Source: Eledone cirrhosa (Eukaryota). Taken from it: a stretch of DNA of 64,000 bases. Below, piece by piece: positions 13,839-30,097 of the stretch (position 1 is its first letter; each line of letters begins with the position of its first letter). The notes beneath the pieces are model-generated. The model saw only the letters and a program-made list of their open reading frames with translations, had not been told where the DNA came from and searched no databases. Made by a program: the position numbers and the translations under genes. The stretch lies in contig OZ024743.1 in NCBI GenBank assembly GCA_964016885.1, forward strand, positions 96,906,001-96,970,000, in the 5' to 3' direction.

Positions 13839-14717
13839 CTACTATAGGCACAAGGCCAGCAATTTGGGGGAAGGGGAAAGTCGATTAAATCGACCCTAGT
13901 GCATTACTGGTGCTTAATTTTATCGACCCCGTAAGGATGAAAGGCAAAATTAACCTCGGCGGGATTTGAACTCAGATCTTAAAGAGGCACAATTCTATGC
14001 TAGAAAGCATGGCGTCTGAGCCTCTACCTATAATAATAATAATAATAATAATAATAGTTTCTACTTTTGGCACAAGGCCAGCAATTATCCCAGTGTATTA
14101 CTGGTACTTTATTTTATCGACCCCGTAAGGATAAAAGGCAAAGTTAACCTCGGCAGGATTTGAAATCAGACCATAAAGGGCCGTAACTCTTTATAATAAT
14201 AATAATAAAGAAATAATAACTGTTGCCATTTAATGAGGGCTTCACTGAGCTAATTCATGAGATAATTGAACTAACTAATATATATGATATGTGGATCTAT
14301 TGTTTTTTTTTTAGACTTACTTAATGTGTAGTATGGTGTTGTATGCTTCAGAAAATCTACTATCACAGACTTAGCATGTTGGTCTAGGGAATGGGGAATG
14401 CCACGTTCTGGATGGATGTGCCTTTTTTTCTTTCTGAATTTGATAGTAGAAATATCAATAATGTAATGTTATGTAATGTAATTAGATTTATAAGAAATAG
14501 GATCAATGCCATGAGTCACCCTTTGTGTTTATTTAGTTGTGTGCTGCTGTGTCATAACTGATGAATTCTAGAGATAACCAATGGTCATTCACTTTGCATG
14601 AATATTAGATCTATAACGTTCGTCAATGATATTTTGTATATGATATATATATATATATATGTGTGTGTGTTTGTATATATATATGTGTGTGTGTGTGTGC
14701 TTGTATACATATATATA

Positions 14718-14756
<39 letters not shown>

Positions 14757-15837
14757 AAAACTATATACGTACTTGCATGCATAATAGTGGTGTTTGAATA
14801 GGTGTTCTTGTAGACATATATTTGCATATAAATGGTTCTGTACTGGTCTGTTTATATCTGTGTTATTGTCAGTTAATTTATGAATAAAGTCCGTTGAAAC
14901 ATTAATTCATGTACTTTTCTTATGGCAAAGTCTACATGAAAAAAAAAAAAAAAATTTATAGAATATTTTTACAGAACATTATTGTTCTCTTCAAATTATT
15001 TATATTTAAGAATAGAAAGGAAAGACAGAATGAATAAACATATAAACTTCATGGAAGACATTATGCATTATACATATAAACAAATTTACATTTTCCTGCA
15101 GATTAAAAAAATTAGTTTGATTTCCTTAAAAAAATGATATAAACTTTTTCTTAATTTGATAGTGCTGATTTTAAATCTACTACAAAAATATATCCAACTT
15201 TTTATTGAGGAATTGGTACAATTATTAGAGATTTAGATTAAAGATCTCAGTGTTTGTCTCAACTCTCTGCACTCCAAGTATAAATGCTGCTAAAGTCAAC
15301 TTTGCTTTTCATTTGTTTGGAGGTTGATATACCAAATAGTAATCCAGTGGCAGTGGAATGGTAGAATTGTTAAAACATCAAATGGGATGCTTTGAGGTAT
15401 CTCTTTTGACTGTGAGTTCTGAGTTCAAATCACACCTCCTATTACCAGAAAAGGGGTGACATTTCTATCAGACGTTGTGACTGATAGATAGCATCAACAA
15501 TGGAAAGACTTAACTCTTTAGCATTTACGTTACTTTATATTTATTTTTATATTTTTGTGGTAAAGGCTTTACTTTACAAAATTATTTCACATAATATCTA
15601 ATATATGAGATTTTGATGTTATTTATTTTGAGAACTATACCATAACATCAGTATGAGCAGCTGGTTACAGCCAGTTTGAACAGAAAGAGGTGAGAGAATT
15701 CTGACCGGATACGGTTGGTTTAAATGCTGAAGGGTTAAAAAAGAGTAATTTATTTGGTTTGATCTAATGATCTACTTCTTTTCTAAAAATACAATAGTCA
15801 CATACAATGTTTTCACTCAATAATCTTTACTAATTAG

Positions 15838-15883
<46 letters not shown>

Positions 15884-17960
15884 CAAGTGAATGTATATAT
15901 ATATATACATCAAAAGCTTCCTTCCAAACTTCCCTAGGCCTCATACTAACCACCACACCCAGTTATTACTTCTCAATAACATCACCATTCTAGCATTACT
16001 TCCCTGCATATGTTTTTTCTGCTGCTATAACTCTTTAAGCAGATCATTAACAACATCAATGTTAGAGGACCTGCATAAACCATGGCTACTGCCTGTTGCT
16101 CCAGATTGAACTAATAAAATAAAATTATATCCTTGTTAGATGAAAGCTAAAGTTGACTTCAGTGATATTTGAACTCAGAGACGTAAATATTGCGAGGTGT
16201 TTAGTTCTATTTTCTACCACCTCTGCCACAACACTTCATTGTTTTTAATCAGTGAAAGCATCTTGAAATATAACAAAGTACTCTAGATAACAGTTATATC
16301 TTCTACTAGCAGAGAGTTAATTTCCAAATTATCCAGTGGCATAGATCAACTGTAATTATATAGATCTAGCTTCATTGATTTTTGTAATTATCAGCACATG
16401 ATAAGAGTGATTATTTGATCAAAGGAGACATATTCAGTAGTTTAAAAACAGTAACTGCATACATTGATGATGGTAATAATAACAGTTTCTGCTTTAAGCA
16501 CAAGGCCAACTATTTGGAAGAAGGGGAAAGTCAATTAAATTGATGTCCGTACTTAACTAGTACTTTATTTGATCAACCGAAGGAAAATGAAAGGCAAATT
16601 TGACCATGACATGATGAGAACTCAGAATAAAAACTTATGTTTTAACAATTCGGCCAAAGTTGGCTTTCATCCTTCTGGAGTTGATAAAATAAATTATCAG
16701 TTAATTAGAGAGGTCAATTTAATTGACTTCTTCTTCCTCCCCCAAATTGCTGCCTTGTACATAAATTAGAAACCATTGGTGAATTGGCAGTATCGGTAGA
16801 GGGTCGGACATGCTTTCCAGCATAGTTACATCCCTTTACGATCTGAGTTCAAATCCCGCCGAAGTTAACTTTGCCTTTCATCCTTACGGGGTCGATAAAA
16901 TAAAGTACCAGTAATGTACTGGGATAATTGCTGGCCTTGTGCCAAAAGTAGAAACAATTATTATTATTATTATTATTATTAGGGCAGTGGATTGGCAGTA
17001 TTGGTAGAGCATCAGACAACATGCTTCACATCATAGAGTTATGGCCCTTTACGTTCTGAGTTCAAATCTTGCCGTGGTTAGCTTTGTCTTTCATCCTTAT
17101 GGGCTCAATAAATAAAGCACCAGTAACACACTGGCCTTGTGCCTAAAGTAGAAACCATCATTATTATTATTATTCTATCAGGTGGTGGATTTGCAGAATT
17201 GTTAGTGTTAGGGAAAATGCTTTGATGTATTTGTTTTGGCTCAATATGTTCTGAGTTTAAGTCAACTTTGCCTTTCATTCTTCCGGAGATAATAAAATAC
17301 CATTGAAGAAGAGTCCAGTAAAGTATTAGAATTCATGTAATCAACTTTCCCATCCCCTCAACTTGCTGGTCAGTAATTTTAGAGGAGGAGGAGGAGGAGG
17401 AAGTTAATTAAATCCATGATAGTATTAGACTGGTTACGTATTTCATTTTAGTATGGAAGAATGGTTTCTTATATAGGTACAAGGCCAGCAATTTTTGGGG
17501 AGGGGAAAGTCGATTAAATCGACCCCAATGCATGACTGGTACTTTATTTTATTGACCCCGTAAGGATGAAAGGCAAAGTTAACCTCGGCAGGATTTGAAT
17601 TCAGATCATAAAGGACCGTAATTCTGTGCTGCAAAGCATGGTGTCCAACTCTACCGATACTGCCAATCTACTGCCCTAGTTTTTAGTATGAAAGAATGAC
17701 AGGCAATGTTGACCTCATTGGAATTTCTAATATTTTAAAGCATTTTGTCTGATGCTCTAACCATTCTTCTAATTCATAATAATTATTTCTACTTTCGGCA
17801 CAAGGCCAGCAATTATCCCAGTGCATGACTGGTACTTTATTTTATCGACCCCGTAAGGACGAAAGGCAAAGTCAACCTCAGCAGGATTTGAACTCAGACT
17901 GAAAAGGGGCGTAACTCTATGCTGCAAAGTATGGTGCCCGACCCTCTACCAATACTGCCA
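13835..17960. mobile_element. Cluster of ~10 full or partial S1 SINEs in both orientations
   Basis: Copies at ~13835-14030(-), 14056-14190(-), 15345-15440(+), 16485-16630(-), 16640-16778(+), 16779-16960(+), 16982-17160(+), 17180-17370(+), 17463-17680(-), 17785-17960(-); recurrent ctgagttcaaatc and ctttgcctttcatcc; (AAT)n/(GAT)n tails. Confidence 0.8.
15514..15734 (-). mobile_element. TTAA-flanked MITE (piggyBac-like ends)
   Basis: TTAA|ctctttagcattta ... taaatgctgaaggg|TTAA; interior homologous to 38090..38896 in reverse orientation. Confidence 0.7.
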
Positions 17961-19046
17961 AAGCTAAACTTGGTACAAGTGGCAAATATAGCTGTTCATT
18001 TTAAAATCAGCAAATAAAAACATCTTATAAACAAAAGTAAAAATAAAGAAATGCAACATTTTTTTTTTATATTATTCAGCCAACATGATGCAGGATAAAT
18101 TAATGTTGTAAATTTCCGTTTTCTTTGGAAATATCTGATAGAGTAGTTATTTCGTATATGGAGAATAAAGAAAAAAAAAAAAAAAAGAAAATATTGACTG
18201 GTTTATAAACAAAAGAGGAAATTATTTCAAGCATAAATGTTGAGGTTTATATGTAACAGCTGTCTCTCAGAGGCAGTCGTATTTGTTGAAAAGCAAAAAC
18301 ATAAATCAAAGATCAGCTGAAAAGCCTTTTGGCATCGGCTTTTATCTGGAAATATCTCCATAATCCTATTTTCTGAGAAATCCAAACATTTGGCTGCATT
18401 GTTTTAATGTAAACGTATATGATTTTATTGTTTGGACTGAAGAATTGTGACCAATGTTTATTGTTAAGTATATTCTGACTTTCCAAGATGGATAATGGTT
18501 TTTTTCTCAGGATCAATTAATTTCGGCCTGTAGATAAATCTCTCTAGAACATTTTACTTCTTCAATTAAATTACAACAAAAATCAGAACATTTATTACTG
18601 TTTATCTATCTTTCTTTCTTTCCACCCCCTCTTCTATTTTCCCCTCCATTTTTATCTTTCTTCACATTTTCCCCATCTTTCTTTCTTTCTTACTTCATTA
18701 TTTATTTTTACACCTCTTTCTCTTTTCAGAATTCTCATCTTTCTCTTTGCTCCTGTCCCTTTTCTCCACATTCTTCCCCCTTCTATATCTCTCATTCTCT
18801 TCTCTCTTTTCTCTCATCATCCATCTCTTTTCACTTTATTTGCTTCTCTTTTCTCTATGTTTCTCATCATTATTTGATTTTTTTTTATATTTCCTTCCCT
18901 CTCTTTTGTTTTTTTTTTCCATATTTTTTTCCCATCCACTTGTCAAAATTTTCTATTTTTATTATATTTTCCAAATATTTGTATAATTTATATAATAATT
19001 CATATAATAATTTGTATTATTTTATTTAATTCATTATTATTATTAT

Positions 19047-19088
<42 letters not shown>

Positions 19089-19862
19089 AACAACAAAGCA
19101 AAATTACATTCACATTTCTACTTCAAATACAATATATTATGTACTATATTTTCTATTTATTCATTTATTTAATTATATATTTCTGTATTTACACCTTTCA
19201 TCTATTTTTTTCCTACTGATTCTGTCTATAACACTAACCCTTTTATTTGTTTGCTGTATTACCTGTGTTATTTTATTTATCGAATTATTTTTGTTACACA
19301 ACTCCTACCTGCTCTTCTCTCACACACATTCTCTTTCTCTGTCTTATTCACTCTCCCCACTTTCCTTATGAACATAACACCCCCAAACAACACCCTCATC
19401 TCGGTCCAGTATTTTTACAATTCTAACGGCTTTCAATTTCTTTTTTATGCAGCAGACAAGGTCCATAATACCAAAGCTGCCAAGTTTAAGCATCGGTGGA
19501 ACTTAAAAAAAAAAAAAAACACTTCGATAACATTTACTCTTGCTGCACAGTTGTTGCACCACTACCACCATCATCGGTCACTACCACCTACCTATCTACA
19601 TACCTATCTACCTGCTGCATGTTAAACTTCTTTTGAATAAAAAAAAAATGGCAAAAAAATGGCAAAAAAATAATAAAAAATATAACCAAATTACCCCCCA
19701 AGATCTAAAACCACCAAGCAGCCTGTGATACACAAATAATAAGACAGAAAATTATAATATAATGACTAACACACAAGTAGTTCAAATCAATTGAAAAACA
19801 ATGAAAACAAAAGTGTGTCCGATACACTTTGAGAATGCTGTCTTATTGGGGTTGGTGATATG

Positions 19863-20043
19863 GTCTCTCTCTCGCTATCTCTCTCTCACTTTCTGTCTCA
19901 TTTTCTCTGTCTCTTTCTCTCTCTCTCTCTCACTCTCTCTGTCTCTTTCTCTCTCTCTCTCTCTGTCTCTCTCTCTCTCTCTCTCTCACTCTCTCACTTT
20001 CTCTCTCTGTGTTTCTTTCTCTCTCTCTCTCTCTCTCTCTCTC
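19863..20043. repeat. (CT)n microsatellite
   Basis: Direct reading. Confidence 0.9.
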
Positions 20044-20689
20044 AGTCATTCTAATGTAAGATACTGCATGCACAGTCAAACTAGTGACAAGATTCTTATC
20101 ATGGCAGACCTATTCATCATGGACTGGTTGGCTAGGTTCCATGTACATGCGCGCACATGCACACTCACACATATACACATACATACATACATACATACAT
20201 ACATACATACATACATAGTTACATACATATATACACACACATGCATATGTATATACATATATATAAACACACAAATATACATACACCCACACACTTATAC
20301 ATATATTCACATATATATATATGTATACACATACACACACTGATATATATATATATATATATATGCATGCACACACCCCCACATATTTATATGTATATAT
20401 ATTTAATATTTTTTTTAACATATTAATTTGTTTTCGTTATTGCATTACTTCGTTAAAGCACCCTTCTCCGCTCCGACCAAGAGGAAAAGAAATAAATAAA
20501 ATATGAAGGAGAAACGAAAAAAGAAGACAAAACCTCATTGTACCATCATCATCATCATTATCATCATCATTGTTTCTATCACTTACATTTTCTGCTAGTG
20601 CTGTTATTATTGTTAATGATGTTAATGCAAAGACCACCACCTGTCAACACCACCATAACTACTGCCATCACTCATAAGACTGCCATGTC

Positions 20690-23600
20690 TTCACACCAAC
20701 CTCGCTACCATCAACACCACTAACAACACCACCACCAACCTTGCAACCATTAACACCAACAACCTCGCTACCATCAACACCACTACACTACTAACAATAC
20801 CACTACAACTACCACCAACCTCGCTACAATTAACACCACTACACTACTAACAATACCACTACAACTACCACCAACCTCACTACCATTAACACCACTATAC
20901 TACTAACAACACCACTACAACTACCACCAACCTCGCTACCATTAACACCACTACAACTACTAACAATACCACTACAACTACCACCAACCTCACTACCATT
21001 AACACCACTACAACAACCACCAACCTCGCTACAATTAACACCACTACACTACTAACAATACCACTACAACTACCAGCAACCTCGCTACCATTAACACCAC
21101 TACAACTACCACCAACCTCGTTACAATTAACACCACTACACTACTAACAATACCACTACAACTACCACCAACCTCGCTACCATTAACACCACTACAACTA
21201 CCACCAACCTCGCTACCATCAACACCACTACACTACCAACATTACCACTACAACTACCACCAACCTCGCTACCATTAACACCACTACACTACTAACAATA
21301 CCACTACAACTACCACCAACCTCACTACCATTAACACCACTACAACTACCACCAACCTCGCTACAATTAACACCACTACACTACTAACAACACCACTACA
21401 ACTACCACCAACCTCGCTACCATTAACACCACTAAACTACTAACAATACCACTACAACTCCCACCAACCTCGCTACCATTAACACCATTACAACTACCAC
21501 CAACCTCGCTACAATTAACACCACTACACTACTAACATTACCACTACAACTACCACCAACCTCGCTACCATTAACACCACTACAACTACCACCAAGCTCA
21601 CAACCATTAACACCACTATACTACTAACAACACCAATACAACTACCACCAACCTCGCTACCATTAACACCACAACAACTACCACCAACCTTGCTACCATT
21701 AACACCACTACAACTACCACCAAGTTCACTACCATTAACACCACTATTCTACTAACAACACCACTACAACTACCACCAACCTCGCTACCATTAACACCAC
21801 TACAACTACCACCAACCTTGCTACCATCAACACCACTATACTACTAACAATACCACTATAACTACCACCAACCTCGCTACCATTAACACCACTACAACTA
21901 CCACCAAGCTCACTACCATTAACATCATTATAATACTAACAACACCACTACAACTACCACCAACCTCGCTACCATTAACACCACTACACTACTAATAATA
22001 CCACTGCAACTACCACCAACCTCGCTACCATCAACACCACTACACTACTAACAAGACCACTACAACTACCACCAACCTCGCTACCATTAACACCACTACA
22101 CTACTAACAACACCACTACAACTACCACCAACCTCGCTACCATTAACACCACTACACTACTAACAATACCACTACAACTACCACCAACCTCGCTACCATT
22201 AACACCACTACAACTACCACCAACCTCACTACCATTAACACCACTACACTACTAACAACACCACTACAACTACCACCAACCTCACTACCATTAACACCAC
22301 TACACTACTAACAACACCACTACAACTACCACCAACCTCACTACCATTAACACCACTACACTACTAACAACACCACTACAACTACCACCAACCTCGCTAC
22401 CATTAACACCACTACACTACTAACAATACCACTACAACTACCACCAGCCTCGCTACCATTAACACCACTACAACTACCACCAACCTCGCTACCATTAACA
22501 CCACTACACTACTAACAATACCACTACAACTACCACCAACCTCGCTACCATTAACACCACTACAACTACCACCAACCTTGCTACCATTAACACCACTACA
22601 CTACTAACAATACCACTACAACTACCACCAACCTCGCTACCATTAACACCACTACAACTACCACCAACCTCGCTACCATTAACACCACTACACTACTAAC
22701 AATACCACTACAACTACCACCAACCTCACTACCATTAACACCACCACACTACTAACAATACCACTGCAACTACCACCAACCTCACTACCATTAACACCAC
22801 TATACTACTAACAATACCACTACAACTACCACCAACCTCGCTACCATTAACACCACTACAACTACCACCAACCTTGCTACCATTAACACCACTACACTAC
22901 TAACAATACCACTACAACTACCACCAACCTCGCTACCATTAACACCACTACAACTACCACCAACCTCGCTACCATTAACACCACTACACTACTAACAATA
23001 CCACTACAACTACCACCAACCTCGCTACCATTAACACCACTACAACTACCACCAACCTCACTACCATTAACACCACTATACTACTAACAATACCACTACA
23101 ACTACCACCAACCTCGCTACCATTAACACCACTACAACTACCACCAATCTTGCTACCATTAACACCACTACACTACTAACAATACCACTACAACTACCAC
23201 CAACCTCGCTACCATTAACACCACTACAACTACCACCAACCTTGCTACCATCAACACCACTACACTACTAACAATACCACTACAACTACCACCAACCTCG
23301 CTACCATTAACACCACTACAACTACCACCAACCTTGCTACCATCAACACCACTACACTACTAACAATACCACTATAACTACCACCAACCTCGCTACCATT
23401 AACACCACTACAACTACCACCAACCTTGCTACCATTAACACCACTACACTACTAACAATACCACTACAACTACCACCAACCTTGCTACCATCAACACCAC
23501 TACACTACTAACAATACCACTACAACTACCACCAACCTCGCTACCATTAACACCACTACACTACTAACAATACCACTACAACTACCACCAACCTTGCTAC

Positions 23601-26600
23601 CATCAACACCACTACACTACTAACAATACCACTACAACTACCACCAACCTCACTACCATTAACACCACTACACTACTAACAATACCACTGCAACTACCAC
23701 CAACCTCACTACCATTAACACCACTATACTACTAACAATACCACTACAACTACCACCAACCTCGCTACCATTAACACCACTACAACTACCACCAAGCTCA
23801 CAACCATTAACACCACTATACTACTAACAACACCAATACAACTACCACCAACCTCGCTACCATTAACACCACAACAACTACCACCAACCTTGCTACCATT
23901 AACACCACTACAACTACCACCAAGTTCACTACCATTAACACCACTATTCTACTAACAACACCACTACAACTACCACCAACCTCGCTACCATTAACACCAC
24001 TACAACTACCACCAACCTTGCTACCATCAACACCACTATACTACTAACAATACCACTAAAACTACCACCAACCTCGCTACCATTAACACCACTACAACTA
24101 CCACCAAGCTCACTACCATTAACATCATTATAATACTAACAACACCACTACAACTACCACCAACCTCGCTACCATTAACACCACTACACTACTAATAATA
24201 CCACTACAACTACCACCAACCTCGCTACCATCAACACCACTACACTACTAACAAGACCACTACAACTACCACCAACCTCGCTACCATTAACACCACTACA
24301 CTACTAACAACACCACTACAACTACCACCAACCTCGCTACCATTAACACCACTACACTACTAACAATACCACTACAACTACCACCAACCTCGCTACCATT
24401 AACACCACTACAACTACCACCAACCTCACTACCATTAACACCACTACACTACTAACAACACCACTACAACTACCACCAACCTCACTACCATTAACACCAC
24501 TACACTACTAACAACACCACTACAACTACCACCAACCTCACTACCATTAACACCACTACACTACTAACAACACCACTACAACTACCACCAACCTCGCTAC
24601 CATTAACACCACTACACTACTAACAATACCACTACAACTACCACCAGCCTCGCTACCATTAACACCACTACAACTACCACCAACCTCGCTACCATTAACA
24701 CCACTACACTACTAACAATACCACTACAACTACCACCAATCTCGCTACCATTAACACCACTACAACTACCACCAACCTTGCTACCATTAACACCACTACA
24801 CTACTAACAATACCACTACAACTACCACCAACCTCGCTACCATTAACACCACTACAACTACCACCAACCTTGCTACCATTAACACCACTACACTACTAAC
24901 AATACCACTACAACTACCACCAACCTCACTACCATTAACACCACCACACTACTAACAATACCACTGCAACTACCACCAACCTCACTACCATTAACACCAC
25001 TATACTACTAACAATACCACTACAACTACCACCAACCTCGCTACCATTAACACCACTACAACTACCACCAACCTTGCTACCATTAACACCACTACACTAC
25101 TAACAATACCACTACAACTACCACCAACCTCGCTACCATTAACACCACTACAACTACCACCAACCTCGCTACCATTAACACCACTACACTACTAACAATA
25201 CCACTACAACTACCACCAACCTCGCTACCATTAACACCACTACAACTACCACCAACCTCACTACCATTAACACCACTATACTACTAACAATACCACTACA
25301 ACTACCACCAACCTCGCTACCATTAACACCACTACAACTACCACCAATCTTGCTACCATTAACACCACTACACTACTAACAATACCACTACAACTACCAC
25401 CAACCTCGCTACCATTAACACCACTACAACTACCACCAACCTTGCTACCATCAACACCACTACACTACTAACAATACCACTACAACTACCACCAACCTCG
25501 CTACCATTAACACCACTACAACTACCACCAACCTTGCCACCATCAACACCACTACACTACTAACAATACCACTATAACTACCACCAACCTCGCTACCATT
25601 AACACCACTACAACTACCACCAACCTTGCTACCATTAACACCACTACACTACTAACAATACCACTACAACTACCACCAACCTTGCTACCATCAACACCAC
25701 TACACTACTAACAATACCACTACAACTACCACCAACCTCGCTACCATTAACACCACTACAACTACCACCAACCTTGCTACCATCAACACCACTACACTAC
25801 TAACAATACCACTACAACTACCACCAACCTCGCTACCATTAACACCACTACACTACTAACAATACCACTACAACTACCACCAACCTCGCTACCATTAACA
25901 CCACTACACTACTAACAATACCACTACAACTACCACCAACCTTGCTACCATCAACACCACTACACTACTAACAATACCACTACAACTACCACCAACCTCA
26001 CTACCATTAACACCACTACACTACTAACAATACCACTGCAACTACCACCAACCTCACTACCATTAACACCACTATACTACTAACAATACCACTACAACTA
26101 CCACCAACCTCGCTACCATTAACACCACTACAACTACCACCAGCCTCGCTACCATCAACACCACTACACTACTAACAATACCACTACAACTACCACCAAC
26201 CTCGCTACCATTAACACCACTACAACTACCACCAACCTTGCTACCATTAACACCACTACACTACTAACAATACCACTACAACTACCACCAACCTCGCTAC
26301 CATTAACACCACTACAACTACCACCAACCTCGCTACCATCAACACCACTACACTACTAACAATACCACTACAACTACCACCAACCTCGCTACCATTAACA
26401 CCACTACAACTACCACCAACCTTGCCACCATCAACACCACTACACTACTAACAATACCACTACAACTACCACCAACCTCGCTACCATTAACACCACTACA
26501 ACTACCACCAACCTTGCTACCATTAACACCACTACACTACTAACAATACCACTACAACTACCACCAACCTCGCTACCATTAACACCACTACAACTACCAC

Positions 26601-29600
26601 CAACCTTGCTACCATCAACACCACTACACTACAAACAATACCACTATAACTACCACCAACCTCGCTACCATTAACACCACTACAACTACCACCAACCTTG
26701 CTACCATTAACACCACTACACTACTAACAATTCCACTACAACTACCACCAACCTCGCTACCATTAACACCACTACAACTACCACCAACCTCGCTACCATC
26801 AACACCACTACACTACTAACAATACCACTACAACTACCACCAACCTCGCTACCATTAACACCACTACACTACAAACAATACCACTATAACTACCACCAAC
26901 CTCGCGACCATTAACACCACTACAACTACCACCAACCTTGCTACCATTAACACCACTACACTACTAACAATACCACTACAACTACCACCAACCTCGCTAC
27001 CATTAACACCACTACAACTACCACCAACCTCACTACCATTAACACCACTATACTACTAACAATACCACTACAACTACCACCAACCTCGCTACCATTAACA
27101 CCACTACAACTACCACCAACCTCACTACCATTAACACCACTACACTACTAACAATACCACTACAACTACCACCAACCTCGCTACCATTAACACCACTACA
27201 ACTACCACCAACCTTGCCACCATCAATACCACTACACTACTAACAATACCACTACAACTACCACCAACCTCGCTACCATTAACACCACTACAACTACCAC
27301 CAACCTTGCTACCATTAACACCACTACACTACTAACAATACCACTACAACTACCACCAACCTTGCTACCATCAACACCACTACACTACTAACAATACCAC
27401 TACCCTCACTACCAACCTCGCTACCATTAACACCACTACAACTACCACCAACCTTGCTACCATTAACACCACTACACTACTAACAATTCCACTACAACTA
27501 CCACCAACCTCGCTACCATTAACACCACTACAACTACCACCAACCTCATTACCATTAACACCACTATACTACTAACAATACCACTACAACTACCACCAAC
27601 CTCGCTACCATTAACACCATTACAACTACCACCAACCTTGCTACCATTAACACCACTACACTACTAACAATACCACTACAACTACCACCAACCTCGCTAC
27701 CATTAACACCACTACAACTACCACCAACCTCGCTACCATTAACACCACTACACTACTAGCAATACCACTACAACTACCACCAACCTCGCTACCATTAACA
27801 CCACTACAACTACCACCAACCTCGCTACCATCAACACCACTACACTACTAACAATACCACTACAACTACCACCAACCTCGCTACCATTAACACCACTACA
27901 ACTACCACCAACCTTGCCACCATCAACACCACTACACTACTAACAATACCACTACAACTACCACCCACCTCGCTACCATTAACACCACTACAACTACCAC
28001 CAACCTCACTACAATTAACACCACTACACTACTAACAATACCACTACAACTACCACCAACCTCGCTACCATTAACACCACTGCAACTACCACCAACCTTG
28101 CTACCATTAACACTACTACACTACTAACAATACCACTACAACTACCACCAACCTCGCTACCATTAACTCCACTACAACTGCCACCAACCTTGCTACCATT
28201 AACACCACTACACTACTAACAATACCACTACAACTACCACCAACCTCGCTACCATTAACACCACTACAACTACCACCAACCTTGCTATCATTAACACCAC
28301 TACACTACTAACAATACCACTATAACTACCACCAACCTCGCTACCATTAACACCACTACAACTACCACCAACCTTGCTACCATCAACACCACTACACTAC
28401 TAACAATACCACTACAACTACCACCAACCTCGCTACCATTAACACCACTACAACTACCACCAACCTTGCTACCATCAACACCACTACACTACTAACAATA
28501 CCACTATAACTACCACCAACCTCGCTACCATTAACACCACTACAACTACCACCAACCTCACTACCATTAACACCACTATACTACTAACAATACCACTACA
28601 ACTACCACCAACCTCGCTACCATTAACACCACTACAACTACCACCAACCTCACTACCATTAACACCACTACACTACTAACAATACCACTACAACTACCAC
28701 CAACCTCGCTACCATTAACACCACTACAACTACCACCAACCTCACTACAATTAACACCACTACACTACTAACAATACCACTACAACTACCACCAACCTCG
28801 CTACCATTAACACCACTACAACTACCACCAACCTTGCTACCATTAACACTACTACACTACTAACAATACCACTACAACTACCAACAACCTCGCTACCATT
28901 AACACCACTACAACTACCACCAACCTTGCTACCATTAACACCACTACACTACTAACAATACCACTACAACTACCACCAACCTCGCTACCATTAACACCAC
29001 TACACTACTAACAATACCACTACAACTACCACCAACCTCGCTACCATTAACACCACTACACTACTAACAATACCACTACAACTACCACCAACCTCGCTAC
29101 CATTAACACCACTACAACTACCACCAACCTTGCTACCATTAACACCACTACACTACTAACAATACCACTACAACTACCACCAACCTCGCTACCATTAACA
29201 CCACTACACTACTAACAATACCACTACAACTACCACCAACCTCGCTACCATTAACACCACTACAACTACCACCAACGTCGCTACCATTAACACCACTACA
29301 CTACTAACAATACCACTACAACTACCACCAACCTCGCTACCATTAACACAACTACAACTACCACCAACCTCGCTACCATTAACACCACTACACTACTAAC
29401 AATACCACTACAACTACCACCAACCTCGCTACCATTAACACCACTACAACTACCACCAACCTTGCTACCATTAACACCACTACACTACTAACAATACCAC
29501 TACAACTACCACCAGCCTCGCTACCATTAACACCACTACAACTAGCACCAACCTCGCTACCATTAACACCACTACAACTACCACCAACCTCGCTACCATT

Positions 29601-29630
29601 AACACCACTACACTACTAACAATACCACTC
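20690..29630. repeat. ~8.9-kb CA-rich minisatellite of mixed 36-bp and 56-bp units
   Basis: Units caacctcgctaccattaacaccactacaactaccac (36) and the same with a 20-bp insert (56), mostly alternating. Confidence 0.97.
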
Positions 29631-30064
29631 ACAACCTACATAGATATTTATAGACTTTACATTTAGTCAGTTACTTTAAATAATTAGGGAACATTGCTGT
29701 TGATATAATTAAAACTAGATCCATTAATTCCACCACTGCCACCACCACTTTTGATGTCATTACTCCACATCAATCACCACCACTACTACTACCACCACCA
29801 TCACCACCACCAACACTACCACCACCACCACCACCACCACTACCACTACTACTACTTGGTTCATTGTATAGTATACTCTTTCTGGAATTTGGGATTTTAA
29901 AATTCCTTTATATATATGTAGCAAGAGTTTTTTGTTATATATATATACATGATGCATACACACATGGATAAATATATATATACATACATGATACACACAC
30001 ACACACTTATATATATATGTTATATATATATATTATATATATATATATGTTATAACATATACGT

Positions 30065-30097
<33 letters not shown>

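Noticed and set aside
14558-14564. CTGATGA hammerhead core
   Set aside because: No downstream GAAA with stem III or stem I pairing
20690-29630. Mucin-like Thr-rich coding repeat (NLATINTTTTTT)
   Set aside because: The 56-bp unit is not a multiple of 3 and repeatedly shifts the frame into TAA stops; no long ORF
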